Shown here: one piece after another, positions 40,848 through 55,158 of the stretch
Numbering within the stretch: position 1 is the stretch's first letter
Layout: every line of letters begins with the position of its first letter
Assembly (NCBI GenBank): GCA_051362555.1
Contig: CM120647.1
Coordinates: forward strand, 15,662,651-15,726,650
DNA from: Lingula anatina
Lineage: Eukaryota; Animalia; Brachiopoda
Direction of reading: 5' to 3'
DNA length: 64,000 bases
The notes under the pieces: generated by a model
The model's database searches: none
Told to the model about the DNA's origin: nothing
The model's input: the letters and a program-made list of their open reading frames with translations, nothing else
Translations under genes and position numbers: made by a program

Positions 40848-42097
40848 GGGGTAGACAACGAGAATGACTATTAAGGACTCCTTCTCATGGTTTGGGTTAG
40901 GATCTCCTCAACCCTCCAAGCAGACACTCAATGACTTATTATCTAGCTTATGGCCACAAAATCACTTTTTTGTTGGTACATGTATCACATACCCACTTAA
41001 CTGAGTTTTCCTTGAAATAAAGTAATTTTTTTCACTACAAACGTTTCATTGCTCGACTGGCCATTGCACCTGAATTCTATTTTTTTCCATTCAATCAGTT
41101 TTTTAGTTCTAGATGATCGACCATTTTGGAATACGGAGAATTTGTAAATATGAATAAAATTTGAATAAATTGCGATGTTTTTATTCTTCATTCCTATGAC
41201 GCAGAATCCGAGAAAAGCGCTACTGGACAATAAGAGCAACGTGTTTCATTTAGAGGAATGCATGATCCACGTTCGCTTGCCGGTATATTTATCCTTACAA
41301 ATTTCAAAACAGTTAATATGGTGAAAAATAGCCGTCGTTAATTTTAAAATTTTGTTTTTGAAAACGTTGAGTCATGAAGAAAATGACCATTTTGTCATGT
41401 TCCTGGGGTTTCGTTTTAAAGATATTGTAATATATGAAATTGTAGTGAAGGTTGCTGTCCTACAACAGTTGTCCAAGTATGAGATTGCTATTTATATCAC
41501 CAAGCTTAAATTATTATTTTCACTATAATTATTTTTGAATTTTAAAGATAAGTAACCGTTAAGCCATTTCAACGGCAATTTTCTTCTTAATTTTTGTTGT
41601 TAGCTTTATTGGAAATCATCATCGCGTCACATCCAGGTCTCCACTCGGTACCATGGGCAATGACGTTTTATTTGGATTATCAACTAACCCCCTTTACTTT
41701 AGTAAGATTTTAAATTACATTTGTAGCCAAGTTAATATTTCACTTTATTAAGATTATCAAATGGCCAATACCCAACAAAGAATGCAAGGTAATATTATCA
41801 ATCAAAATCGCTCTAGAATCAACCACGTTCATATGGTGCAGATGAGCAAGGAGTAAAGTACTTTTTTTAATAATTTGAAAAGTTGGTCTTACAGAGGCAA
41901 CTGCGATAAAAATGACTTCCTACTATAAGCGATACATTCGTGGATGTGTTAAGCGTCAATGGCATCAATCCTTGTTTAAAATATCATTAAAATTGCTACT
42001 TGAAATTAACGTGAAACTAAAATTTACTGTTAATGAGCACATTGTTCAAGAACACATGTTGCCACACGTTAACAAGTCTCTGCCTTAAGCATTGCAT

Positions 42098-43521
42098 TCA
42101 GCTCTTTCCGCCAAAGCTACGTCCTCTTTCCATTCCATCCCGGTCTAGTTCGAGAGAGCGGGTAAAGTCAGCTGAAATGAATAAAGACGGCTTATGGAAT
42201 AGGGTAATGTACTTGGCATATGTCTTAACAGATATGACCCTAATATCATCTCTTCAAGGTGACAGCAAATGAATTAATGAATAGCAACCAGACCCAAATG
42301 GTCCTGCAAAGGAGCAAGTCGAGTGTCGAGATATAATGAGTAACCATATGAAAAATGTCATCTTAAACGGCGAGATAAAATACCATATCGTAACCAATAA
42401 CTCATCAAATATGATAGCATTTATATTTTATACATACACATTACAGCCTTGGTCGTTACAAGCCTGTAGCTCAGCTGAGGCTCCCTGGCAAGGCTGTCCG
42501 TCACCGGCCATTGGGGGGTTGTTACAGCCGCGCGTGCGGATCTGACTTCCCCCTCCACAACTGCGAGAGCAGGCACCAAAGGCAGACCAAGGGGCCCAGG
42601 CTCCGTCGACTAAAACGTATGAACGTATGGACGATGAAATCACTATGGTAAATGCAAAACAACGTTTGCCGAACATCTCAAAATGCAAAACCCTCAATAA
42701 AAAAAGGAAAGGAAGGAGTTATTTTGAAAAGTCAGGGTGTTTGTAAAATGAAAATAACCATGTAGGCATTATTAAATATCCACATTTTAATCCAATTTCA
42801 TTTACTGAAAAGAAAGAAATCAATACCAAACTGTCTGGGTGGTCATAAGCCTAAGTTTAAAGTTATGCCTCATGCATTGTAATTATCAACCTAATTTACT
42901 TAATCTCCAGAAAAAAAAGGATCGGAATATACCATCAACCTCCGGAACAAGCGCGTTCGGATTAAAAAATATATTTATCACCCTTAAGCACGCATCAAAA
43001 TAATTTTGGGTAACACAGTAACCCTGGCGTACTCACCAGGACAAGGTTGCCTATTGCAGGAACGGATTGCCACTCTGGGGGTGCAGTCACAGCAGTCCAT
43101 TGTTTTCCTCTGGATACCGCCCCCGCACGGCGCGTCACAGGGGCTCCAGTCGCCCCATGTACAGTCCCCTATTAAATACAGAGATCAGTAAGAAGATACC
43201 AAACATATCTTAATAAGAACGATAATCGCTTTTTAGAGACGTTTTGATCCTTAGCAACATGGTTTGACGACGTGACTAAACTAGGCTTTTCGCACTTCAC
43301 AATTGTATTTTATCGTTTGCTAAACCTTTCTTTTTTTCTGTAGTCATTGTATCATATTATTATTTTTGTGAATTTAGGAAACACGCAGTCTTGACAAAAT
43401 ATGAGATGTACAAACAGCCTTACACAGGCTTACCTTCGGTTACAGCGCCATCTATCTGAACTACCAGGACGGTCATCAGTAGAGCCGTGGTAGAAAACAA
43501 CAGGTTGATACTGATCTTCAT
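42098..43521 (-). CDS. Gene E: small secreted 2x TSR protein (~130 aa) with degraded 3' end; possibly an incipient pseudogene
   Basis: Exons 43521-43434 (MKISINLLFSTTALLMTVLVVQIDGAVTE), 43168-43037 ([29 protein letters not shown]...), 42609-~42440 ([18 protein letters not shown]...DQGCN). The ancestral phase-1 donor is lost. The remnant terminal exon 42171-42098 has TGG>TGA in the SWMRC motif. Confidence 0.7.
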
Positions 43522-46023
43522 CTTCCTTTTTCTGTAGAATCAATGGAAGTTATAAATATTTCCCAAATAGTTTTCAGGGTTGACTCCTTTCATAGATACA
43601 TGCATGTACCACTGAGACAAGTCAATGTGACAATCGTCTAAATTGATATGCAATTAATGGGGTTTAAAAAATTGAATTGGTTTTAGATCCTTTGGCTGTT
43701 GTTAGGCAGTAATAGACAACCCACGAGGCAATTATCACGTCCACGACATTTCAATCTATTAAGAAAGTCCATTACTGATGAAATCGTCATTGCAATACAA
43801 GTGTGTATAGTGCATTTTATTTGGCAAATGTGTAGAGAACTGAGCTGTCTAAAAACTCAAAATAACTTTCTTAATATTGTCTTTTTTCAATATTAATTGT
43901 GCAATGTAAGTATTGATATTCGTGAATTGAGTAAAGGGCCAAAAGTGTTTAGTGGAATTGATTGATATGTTTCCAGAATGTGCGATTCAAAAACAGCAGC
44001 ATAAAATACATAAATACTCAAAGAGGGAGAGAGGGCAGCAAAGGGTCGAGTGGGTTAGAATATACATGTACAGTATGTGTGATATAGAAGTAATGTAATA
44101 GAGTTGAAAGAACCAAACATTTTGTCAATTTATAGTAAACTAAGTAATATACCGGGGTGGAAGACAATATCATCGGCAAATTCAGTTTGGCATGCCATGG
44201 TTATTTAATCTATAATTAGGCAGTGTCAATGTCACTTATCACATATGTGTATATCTTTACGCCTAAATTCATGGCAACAATGTGCCTTTTCATAACAACA
44301 AACCACGTCAACAAGCCCAAAGTTCGGATATCCCATTACTTGTTTTTTTAATGTGTTGATGTTCTATAACATGCCGCAGTTTACATGTATTCTACTATGC
44401 CCCAAGGATTCATGTAGAATTACATCGCGCTATCCAGGTTTGCTTTCCAAATGGCACCCAAAAAATGCCCTATAGGAGAAAACCAGACACCTGTATTTAA
44501 CAAGGTGCCCTTCAATTTGTCTCACAGTCGTTGCCTACCATTACCACATATAATTAATCGCTCTTGCTTTGAAGTCATCATCACACGGTACATTTAATCA
44601 ACCTGTTATGCAGGCTTAAAATTCAAACTAGAATTAAACTAGAGTGGAGGAAGCTTTAATTACTTAAAGGCAACATAATCTGGATTTTTGTGCCAAATTA
44701 AAATTCCACCGAGTAATTGTTATTTTCTACTATTCAAAAATGTTTGCTCGACTCGCTCATGTAATTGGACTGGATGCCATTTTTGGATATAATTTAAATC
44801 TTATTTTGAGCTCAGATTTTAAGAATGTCATAGTAACTCAACTGTAGAAATATCGACGCTAGACTTTTTGTTATTATTTGAAAGACTTCATCATCTTTTA
44901 GGTGTGACTTGATAAAGCTAAATGTCTCTGTGGGATATCAAGATATATAAATATGAATTGGGAAAATTTTCAATCGTTTACAGAAACCTTTCATAAACGG
45001 ACCAATTTAACTGATGTAACGTGTTGTGTGAGTTTTATGTACGTGATTTTATATCTTTCTGATGTGATATCCAGGAGTTTGAAACTTTACTCCGGTCTAT
45101 ATTTGGCAAAAAGCGTTTGCCGTACATTCATGTAAAATGTTAAAACGGATCTTATCGAACTAAACATAAACACTTTCAGAGAACCCGAATCCCCCCCCCC
45201 CTAAATGTTGACTTCTTCACAACATCTCGCGCTTCTTTTCATTGGGCAAAACGTTTATCGTCAAAGTGTCTGCTTTGCTGAGTGGCTTGAAATGATGATG
45301 GGTTTTTGATGTAATTCAGTTTCAAATTAATACATACACATAAAAACTGGCATGGTATACGATTAGAGCATGAACTACACTTGTCGCTGCGATTTATAAT
45401 ATTATCGTTTAGGAGACATAAAATGCATTGGGTCGTCTCTCAAGAAAATCCCCTTGCGCCAGATTGTAGTACTGATTGTCGTGATGTCGTGATAAAATAC
45501 ATTGGGCTGATTTGCATATTCGCGCTGATGTTGCTTTGGGGTAGAAAGTCTGTAATATGGCTTTCAAACCTATGTCCCTTATCTAAACAGTGTTTTATCG
45601 AATGCCCCCCATGTGCATCTTACAAGTATTTTAAAATAAAAAAGGCATTGCATGTAAATGAAACATTACTTGATATTAAGGATATTGTAACTCTTTATTA
45701 TCTTTCAGATACAGAAAATGATCGAATGATCGTCAATTTATTAACACCTTCCTATTTTGAGGTCAGATGAGGTCTATTATCCAAAAAATGTATGTAAGGC
45801 AGTGAATAAGCATCTTTGAGCAAAAGGTGACACTATCCTTAACAGTCGGCAACAACATTCAATATTTTTTTCTTTTACAATTAATAACCAAACTTTTAAC
45901 ATCACAAAGTAAACCTTGAGCTATTTCGAAAGTTTAAGCAAATGCCCGATTCCTAAAAACTTTTGTGAAGATCAATTCTTCAACTATTTTCAAATTTAAT
46001 TTGTGAAATTGTACTGAACTTAC

Positions 46024-46145
46024 CTACGATGTGGAAACAAAGATTTTCTTCTAAGGCTGCAGTAAAAGTAACCCAACTTCTGTTTTTAATAGCAATAAGG
46101 CTCTGTCACAAATCAAGATGTCATTAAAGCGTCGAATGACCTACG
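46024..46145 (-). promoter_or_regulatory. Putative core promoter and short non-coding exon 1 of gene E
   Basis: Minus strand reads CCTTATTGCTATTAAAA (TATA-like), then ...TGCAGCCTTAGAAGAAA...TAG|GTAAGT. The same block precedes genes F and G. Confidence 0.6.
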
Positions 46146-46889
46146 GTAAGTGAACATCGGGAAAATAAATGCTCTCCTAATGTCACTTGTAACATAATCG
46201 CCAAAACATTCGTTTGGCTGATGGTTTTTTTACATGAATTTGAAGGTATCCCAAAGTCACATTTCTACGTCTAGATATTAAATATCCTGCAAAATAGGCT
46301 ACTTATATTCTGAGTTCAGGCTTCAAACACGAGAACAAAATATTCCGATAAAAGTAAATTAAGTCGATGTACTATTTTGCTTTTGAAACAACTGGTAAAA
46401 TGATAATCACCATATAAGCATATGTAGGTAGAAGCAACGAGAATAGGACTGTTCGGTACTTTATCCCTTGCTCCCGAACATAATCCATAACACACTGTAG
46501 ATTCTTCAGTTTCAAGTCTACTTCTTCCGCTACTCTTTTTTACTTACGAAGAGAAACCTCCACAGACATTTATTTTCATTTTTAATGTAGGGAGGACATT
46601 GCAAGGACAGAGCGATTGCGAGAACGCTCGCAGACATTCGCGAGAAATTGTACGCTAAACCATTCTCAATAAATTGCCTGCTAATAATTTCAGGCTCCCA
46701 TACCCTTTCGTATGAATAGACAAATAAATATTGGTTACAGTCGTTTGACCCAACATGGTGTGAACATGTCCAAAATCCTTTGGTTACCAAGTAGTTTTAA
46801 CTGACAATTATGAATATGTCGATTGTAAATCCTTGTCCTGACTTAACGCCGATATTGAGAAAGCTATATATTAAGAAAACTTTTTTTAG

Positions 46890-47022
46890 ATGATAATGGT
46901 TGGACTACGTGGACTTGATGGAGCGGGTGCGGGGTGCGTACGTGCTGTCGTACACGTATCTTCACCGCCCCGGCCCCGCGACATGGCGGGAGATGTTGCC
47001 CAGGCCTTGGGACTGAAGTCAA
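46890..47022 (+). pseudogene. Orphan decayed copy of gene D last TSR exon
   Basis: Matches 40050-40188 (ggttggactacgtggact...gggactgaagtcaag) but has GGA>TGA, a 6-bp deletion and 3' truncation. The downstream 47050-47200 resembles the D intron at 40290-40450. Confidence 0.85.
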
Positions 47023-48423
47023 GCGATGGGATTTGATGGGAAACTCGTCTCATCAAAATTTAAAAAAAAAAAAAACAGAAATAGATGCAGAGGGATAGAA
47101 AGTGGAAAGGGTGAAGGAATATCAAAGAAAAATATAAAAATAAGAAGTAATGAAGTAATGAATAAGATGGCGACAGTATAAGGCGTAAGGAAATGAACTG
47201 CCGTTCTAAACTGAATTATGCTCAATCTTCAAGAACACATTCTATCATATCAATATGCAATGTTATCGAGATGGTTGCCTGTTGTCCTAATAGTGATTTT
47301 CTTTACATACTGTATTTGCACAAGGAAACTGGACAGTAGGACGCAAGGTTGTTTTTCCTTGTTAAAGGTACAATGTATCACAATTTTTCTTGAAAATTAT
47401 CGCCTGCGCAGCGCCCCTGGTTTAAAATGTTTCATACCATTCTTATTATATAATGAAGCTCTAAATGTCTTGCCATGCGCATTTTAGAAGGGAATATCGA
47501 CAATGAATTATTTAAATTAATTTCTGTGGTTTTAACCGTTTAAAGGTCTGAAGTGGCAATGATAGACAGACTTGCAGGATATGTAGACGTGATTTCGGGA
47601 CATTGCCGAACATGGAAACATCGATAGTATACCTTTAAACGTTGTTGTTCTTCATAAATAGAACTTGTACCCATGTCGTTCACATGAAGGATAGTACAAA
47701 AAAGCCTTGTGATAATTTCCAAATTGGAACTATCGCTTCTGTTACACAAAAAATTTGCTGAAATCGACAGCTAAATTTTTCCTCAGGTAATCCGTTAGAA
47801 CGGTCATACAGTGGATACATTTTTTTTTCAGGTGCTTACATTGAAGTTTTTGTTATCAAGCGATTGTATAAAACTTTCATCATGATATCACTAAGCTTAA
47901 TTTATTATTGGTACTTTTATCAGTGCAAGGAAAATGCAAGTGTTACCCATTGAATTGAAATAATAAAACAACAATTGGTCACTCGATTTGCTTCGGTTGT
48001 TAGATTTATTGAGTTGCATCAAGCATTCCATTACGTACAAAGCGCAGTTTTACTCTAATAATATACTTAAATTACCCCTTAACGCTAGTGCAGTTTAACT
48101 TTGTAACAATGGTTTAATCACGATATCCTAATATAGAAGGACACGTAAACAAGCAATTGAATCAGCTCTAAAACCGAAACCGTTCATGTGGTTCACATAA
48201 ACAAAATGTTAAATAATTAAATGTTTTAAATAAAGTAAATAAATAACAGTTAAGTGGTTCAGAAAAACTCACAATAAGATTACTGTGCCTGACGTTAATG
48301 TCACCACATTATGCTCTCAACATTATTTAAAAGCCGCGTGAAATTAACCTTAAACTATAATCCGCCGCAAACCACTGGGTATTATAAGCCTTAATGTTGA
48401 CGCAGGTAAACTTGACTTCGACT

Positions 48424-49143
48424 TCAGCATCTCATCCAGCTCCTTCCGCCAAAACTACGTCCTCCTCCCATTCCACCAAATGGTCCCAGAGGACGGTTTC
48501 CTAGTCCGAGAGAACGAGCAAAGTTAGCTGAAACGAAAAGAGTTTATGGTATCAGTACTCTATCGTAGAGGGGGGGTATGCCTCTTAAAGGGGGTAGCAC
48601 ATGAACAATCAGATCAAAATGAACGTGTACCCTTATGGAAAATGGCCAGTTGAAACTCATGACGAAAGCAGTAATTCATTTTTATTAGAATTGGCATATT
48701 ATGCATACACTTACATGTATATCAATCATCTACCAGTAATTAAATTGCCATTTTGAAAGGTAGAATTACGTTAAAATATCGAGTTTCTAGAAAAAATAAA
48801 GTGACTTCATTGTCTCACTTAAAAGAGCTAGAAAAGATAAAGTATATTAAGCCGATTCAGAATCCTTCAAGACGGGTAATCTTTCAGTTTTCCCTATTAC
48901 GACAGAAATATTTTCAAACCGTAAAACATTGCATCGGAGTCAGGTCAAATGTTTTCTGAAACACTTACGTAGACAACAGAAAAATAAACACGCTCGTTGA
49001 TTAAGTTGGCCTCCCATGCATGGTCTTCCACCGTTCATCGGTGCAGGAGAAGTACAAGTGCGCATGCGTGAACATGTGCAAGAATTTACGTTGCAAGCTG
49101 ACCAATCAGACCATTCTGACCAACCTCCATCCACTACAAAAGA

Positions 49144-49189
<46 letters not shown>

Positions 49190-50724
49190 GTTATTATTAT
49201 TATGCTGTTGTGGCTGTTACAGTAAACGATATCATTATTATTATTATCATTATAATTTTTTTTTTTTTTGCCAGGTGTATTTTGAAACTGTGCACGTTTT
49301 ATCTAAGATTCTAATTCCTGTTCCATTTTATTCTCTCATTTAGTTTTCAGATATAAAACCATAACATAAATACACATGAATGACAACAATTGTACTGAAT
49401 GTTTAATTTAAATTGTCAAAGTATATTTACATTTTTTTCAAATATGTACGTACTTCAGGTGTATCTTTACATAATAAAATCATAATAATTTACCAGAACA
49501 GCCTTGGTCGTTACAAGCCTGTATCTCAGCTGAGGGGCCCTGGCAAGGCTGTCCGTCACCGGCCACGCGGGGGTTGTTACAGCAGCGTGTGCGGATCTGT
49601 TCTCCGCCTCCACAGCTGCGAGAGCAGGCACCAAAGGCAGACCAAGGGCCCCAGGCTCCATCGACTGAAATAATCAGAACGTACAGACTATGAAATCACG
49701 AGAGATAATGCAAAAAATCGCTTTGCGGAACATGTCAAATTATGAAATTCTCGAAAGAAAAAGAAAGGAATGCTATCTTAAAGAAATAAATAAAATATAC
49801 ACAAATAAAAAACAGGTGGTTTGAAATAAAATTACCCGATCGCAGCCAAGATTCATCTGAGAATACAGGGGCGGATTGAGGCAGTCTTCTGGGTCTTCCG
49901 GAACACGGTCAAATTTCTAAGTTTACATTGATGAGTACCTAATTTTTTCTGTCGGAAGACGGTAAAAAAAGGGGGGTTGAACAACAATTATAATGTGGAA
50001 GACAGTCAGAAAATATTTCTGGATCCGCCCCTGGAATACAGGTTTAGTACAGTGGTTACATTTCGTGAAGTTCATAAATATTGTTGGTTAAAATACTTAT
50101 CATAAATTCAAACTTCTGTCAGCATTGTTTACTTTGAAGGTTTTGAGTTTGAATCGAATTTATTCAGTACTATGCACGCGTCAAACAATTTGGGCTACAA
50201 ACCGGTTCTGCATACTCACCAGGACATGGATCCCGATTGCAAGACCGGATTTCAACCCTGGGGGTGCAGTCACAGCAGTCCATGGATCTCCGTTGAATGC
50301 CGCCTCCACACGGAGCGTCACAGGGGCTCCAGTCGCCCCAACTACAGTCCGCTTATAAGATATACAGGTAGATCAGTTCAGATAATGCAAAACTACAAAT
50401 ACAGATGTAAATCATTTAAAAGAAAGCAAAAGTGCTTCTGCCTGTGAGACATGAAACTTCGACTTTTTGTAAAAAGGCTTTGATCATGTGACCAACCTAG
50501 GCTTTTCGCCTTTTGTGCTGTATTTTGTAGTTTGCTAAATCTCCCTTATGTTCCGCATTCATTTTATCATTTCATTGATTTTTTTGTGTATATTTGGTTT
50601 TGATAAAACATGGCATATACATACAGCTTTACATACCTTCTTCCTCAGCGCCAACTATCGAAACGACTAGAAGCGTCAACAGCAAAGTTGTGGTGGAAAA
50701 CATCAGGTCGATACTGGTCTTCAT
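48424..50724 (-). CDS. Gene F: secreted 3x TSR protein with Gly/Arg tail and no VWA, ~219 aa
   Basis: Exons 50724-50637 (MKTSIDLMFSTTTLLLTLLVVSIVGAEEE), 50351-50220, 49664-49494, 49133-48969 (TSRs), 48527-48424 ([34 protein letters not shown]). All introns are phase 1, GT-AG. Confidence 0.88.
49866..50033. mobile_element. GC-ended MITE in a gene F intron
   Basis: TIR CAGGGGCGGAT...ATCCGCCCCTG, with GAATA repeated on both flanks. Same terminal type as 25958-26199. Confidence 0.7.
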
Positions 50725-51955
50725 CTTCCCTTTTCTGTAGAATCAGTAGAATGTTATTAATAGTCTATAAGGTGTTCAGTGATATAATTTCAAACCATTT
50801 CCACAATTAGTTTCCATTCAGCCCTTATGAACTAAAGAGTGCATTTTCCTAAAAAAGTTCCTTTCATAAATACCGCAGAGTCAAGCATATCTGGTAATCG
50901 ACATAATTCATATAAAATGAATGGGGGTTTGAAAACGAATGGTTATTTTAAACAATGAATGGTGATTTTTGTGCAGTGGTTTGCTGGAAGGAAATAATGG
51001 ACAACTAACGAGGCAATTATCACGTTCAAGGCATTTCACCCTATGAAAACATAACATTACAGAACTTTCCTGCATGGCTACAAAAGTGTGAAGCGCCTTT
51101 TTATTGAAATTATTTATTTATCTATTTATTTATTTATTTATTTATTATTTTTTTTTAGAAACAATGATTTAACTATTTTTTTTCATGACAAAAATGAAAA
51201 GAAAAGCTCGGATATCATATTCTAAGTTGTGTATTAATAAATAAAATAAAACATGTTGCTATGAATAAATATCACGCCGGGTACAAAGCAGCATACGCAT
51301 TTGGATTCCAGAAGGCATTCCAAAATACACTATAGGAGAAAACCAGACAAATGATTGTTTCAAACAGGTTTTCCTTCAGTGAGTTTCACGCACGTTGCCT
51401 AACATTATCATGCATTATTAACCTTGCTGAATTTGTAGTTACCATCACAATGTATAATAAATTAACCTATTATGCGTGATAAAATGTTCAACTAGATTTT
51501 GAGACCGAATGAAACTAAAAGGTGACATATTACAGATTCCAGAGTAAAAGTAATTTTCTGCTATTCAAAAAACGTTAGCTAGAATCATTCATGTAAAAGG
51601 ATTCTATGCCATTTTGGATATAATTAAAATCTAATTTTGCGCTCAGGGTTAAGAATGTCATATTAACTCCATTGTAGAAGGATATATCGACACCAGGTTT
51701 TTATTTTATTTAATTATTATATTTTTTTTTACTTAATCATTTTAATGTCTGAACTGGGAAAGGTAGGTGTCTCTTTGGAAAGAAAACCTTTATAAACAGA
51801 AAAGCTAACTGATGTAACGTGTTATGGGAGGTTTAATGTACGTGTATGAGGATTTTGCCTTTATGTGATGTGATGTTCGGGGGGGGGGGGGGGGGTTGAA
51901 GCGTTAACAAAGCCTACCGGTAGTCTATATTTAGCAATAAAACTTTAATTCTTGC

Positions 51956-51991
<36 letters not shown>

Positions 51992-52863
51992 TTTCAAGAA
52001 CGTCTTTTATCTTGATACTACATTTAAAAAAATAAACACTGCTAGAGCAAAAACCCCCGATTTGTTGCTTTATACACAACTTCTTGCACATCTATGCTTT
52101 GGGTGCAGGGACAATTCTTTATTGTCAGTTTGTTTGCTTTGTTAATAGTCGTGAGATAATGGTCGGTTTTCGTAACTTTATAACTAAGTAATATATGCAA
52201 TGACGTAGCTGGTCAACAACTACGGGATTAATTACATTTGGTGTCAGCGTTCGATTTTTAATACATATTTATATATCATAACACCCCTAAACACAAAGTT
52301 CAATTTAATAAATGCAGTATTTCGTCTTTCAAGACAAATTCCTTGTTTTTTGTGAAAAAATAGGCGTTAAAACGGCGTTGAAAGCTATTCAGATAACGGA
52401 TATCTCCTTGAACCACAAGCAATGTGATGATGGTATACTTGACTTTTTTACTTATACAAAGACGAGGTGTGCCGATTAAACACAACTTCTAGCTAATGCA
52501 TGTAGTAATATAAGGGGTTTTGAGCCAACAGGTCCAGAATGTCGTTCACTAAATAAATTATGACTGAACATTAAAGCAGAAACAAAAGTCCTATTGAATC
52601 ACTTATATTCTGTAATTTGAACATGCCCCCATGTACATATTTCGAATAAAAAGATATTACATGCAAATGTGACGTTAACTTGTAATGTATAAAAAACACT
52701 CAATTTTTTTTCTTTTAAAATTAAAATCTTAATTAACAACAACACAAAGGTAACTCCTTGACAACCCGAATGTTAAAACAAATACCCGGTTCTTTAGAAC
52801 ATTTGCGTAAATCAATTCTTCACACTTTTTTTAATGTAATATTTGAAAACTATCTGAACTTAC

Positions 52864-52985
52864 CTACTCTGTCAAAACGGGATTTCTTCTAAGGCTGCAG
52901 AGAAAGTAACCCAATCGCTGTTTTTAATAGCAATAAGGCTGGTTTACAAATTATACTGTCATTAAAGAGTTAAATGACCTACGCT
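52864..52985 (-). promoter_or_regulatory. Putative core promoter and non-coding exon 1 of gene F
   Basis: Paralogous to 46024-46145. TATA-like CTATTAAAAA at 52921-52930 and donor TAG|GTAAGT at 52864/52863. Confidence 0.6.
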
Positions 52986-53443
52986 TAGTGAACATTTGAG
53001 AGAATAAGGACCGTTCCAGTGTCCTCTGTCACGCAACAGACAAATTAGTCATTTATCGATGGTATCCAACATGCACTTTAAGGAATTCCAAAGTCTGGTT
53101 TGACTTGTATACTTCCTTGGTAGAACTGAAAACACTCCCACGCCTATTAGCGGTAGGCTGAATTACCCCATCTTTATACATTTCCTTTCATCTCTTAATT
53201 AAGGCAATATATACAGACTTGTGGAAATATATTTTTTTCCAAATCAGTTTTGTTTGATTTTTTGTACTTTTACGACTTGTATAAAGTGATTCTTGTTTTA
53301 ATAGCATTTTTAAATTTTATTATTTAAATAATCCTTTCATTCTAATTGTGACATCAGTGACATTGTGATTGTGTTGAATTCATCTAATTAAGCAAACAAA
53401 AATACATTGCTGATTCTTAGTCAAGCCACAACCATTACAAGCA

Positions 53444-53444
<1 letters not shown>

Positions 53445-53520
<76 letters not shown>

Positions 53521-54202
53521 AACAGAACGATGTGTGAGGCATTCCATCTATCACAACAGAACGATGTGTGAAGCAGTCCACCTATCAGAACAGAACGATG
53601 TGTGAGGAATTCCACCTAATATAACAGAACGCTTTGAGGAATATCTCACCCATCACAACAGAACGATGGGCGAGGAATTCCACCTATCACAACAGAACGA
53701 TGTGTGAGGAATTCTACCTATCACAACAGAACGATGTGTGAGGAATCTCACCTGTCACAACAGAACGATGTGTGAGGAATTCCACCTATCACAACAGAAC
53801 GATGGGCGAGGAATTCCACCTATTACAACAGAACGATGTGTGAGGAATTCCACCTATTACAACAATATGATGTGTGAGGAATCTCACCTGTCACAACAGA
53901 ACGATGTGTGAGGAATTCCACCTATTACAACAGAACGATGGGCGAGGAATTCCACCTATCACAACAGAACGATGCGTGAGGAATTCCACCTATTACAACA
54001 ATATGATGTGTGAGGAATCTCACCTGTCACAACAGAACTATGTGTGAGGAATTCCACTTATTACAACAATATGATGTGTAAGGAATCTCACCTGTCACAA
54101 CAGAACGATGGGCGAGGAATTCCACCTATCACAACAGAACGATGGGCGAGGAATTCCACCTATCACAACAGAACGATGTGTGAGGAATCTCACCTATCAC
54201 AA
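53445..54202. repeat. (TA)n followed by a 34-bp minisatellite, ~20 copies
   Basis: (TA)n 53445-53517. Head-to-tail unit ATCACAACAGAACGATGTGTGAGGAATTCCACCT runs ~53516-54202, with a few recurring variants and no spacers. Confidence 0.95.
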
Positions 54203-55158
54203 CCCACAGATGTCAAGACAAGCAACGGAGGTAATCGGCCAGTAGAGTGACTCCTCGGCTTCAAGCTGTTCTGGTGGTGCCTCACACTTACTCTCCACCA
54301 AGAGAGTAACAACTTCATGTTTTACTTTTATTACAAATTCACGGTTAATATTTTACACGCGCGCCACACCCTCTGTGGGACAAGTGAACATTTTTAAAGG
54401 CAGATACCTTATTTTCTGTCACACACAAGTTATTTTTTTTTTTATTATGAATGAGGTCTTTATATTTTCTACAGATAATTGGACAATGTGGTATGGTGGG
54501 AAATAAGAGTCTCTGAACATTTTGATGGTCATTCAATGATTTAACATTTTGTCAGGTACCTGAATTTTCGGTTATAAGTCATTGTAATACATAAACGGCA
54601 GTGCCAGTTACTATACATGTAGTACAACATTTGAACTAGCATGCTTTTTGTCGTAACATTACCAAGATAAAATCATTCTTGTTTTTATAATTACACGTAA
54701 CTCGAGGTAAATGGACACGTTGTCAAGTTAAGGGAAATGAAAGTAACAATTGTGCTCTCGGATTGTTTTGTTTGTTAGGTTTATTGAGTTGCATTAAGCG
54801 TTCCATTCGGTACAAATATCACTTTATCTTTAATAAGATTACTTAATTACCCCCAACCCACGACAGAAGGCTAAATTAAAACTTAATTTTTTTTTTACAA
54901 TCAAATACTTTCATTTGGTGCAGATAAGCAAGAAGTCAAATAATCAAAAGTTTTCAGTTACAAGAATCAATGAGGTTTTACAGAAGCAACTGCGACAAAA
55001 TTACCTCCTACTACGATGGACGATACTTTGTTTAATGCCAAACTCTGCTTTTAACCTTACTTTAAAAGGTCACGTAAAATAAAACTTAAACCAGAACCAA
55101 AGGTAAATAAATGAACTTTAGAAGCACCTATGTTGACTGCGTTCACATGACTCTGACT

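Noticed and set aside
53516-54202. 34-bp repeats resembling a CRISPR array
   Set aside because: The units are head-to-tail with no unique spacers, there are no cas genes, and the context is eukaryotic and intron-rich.
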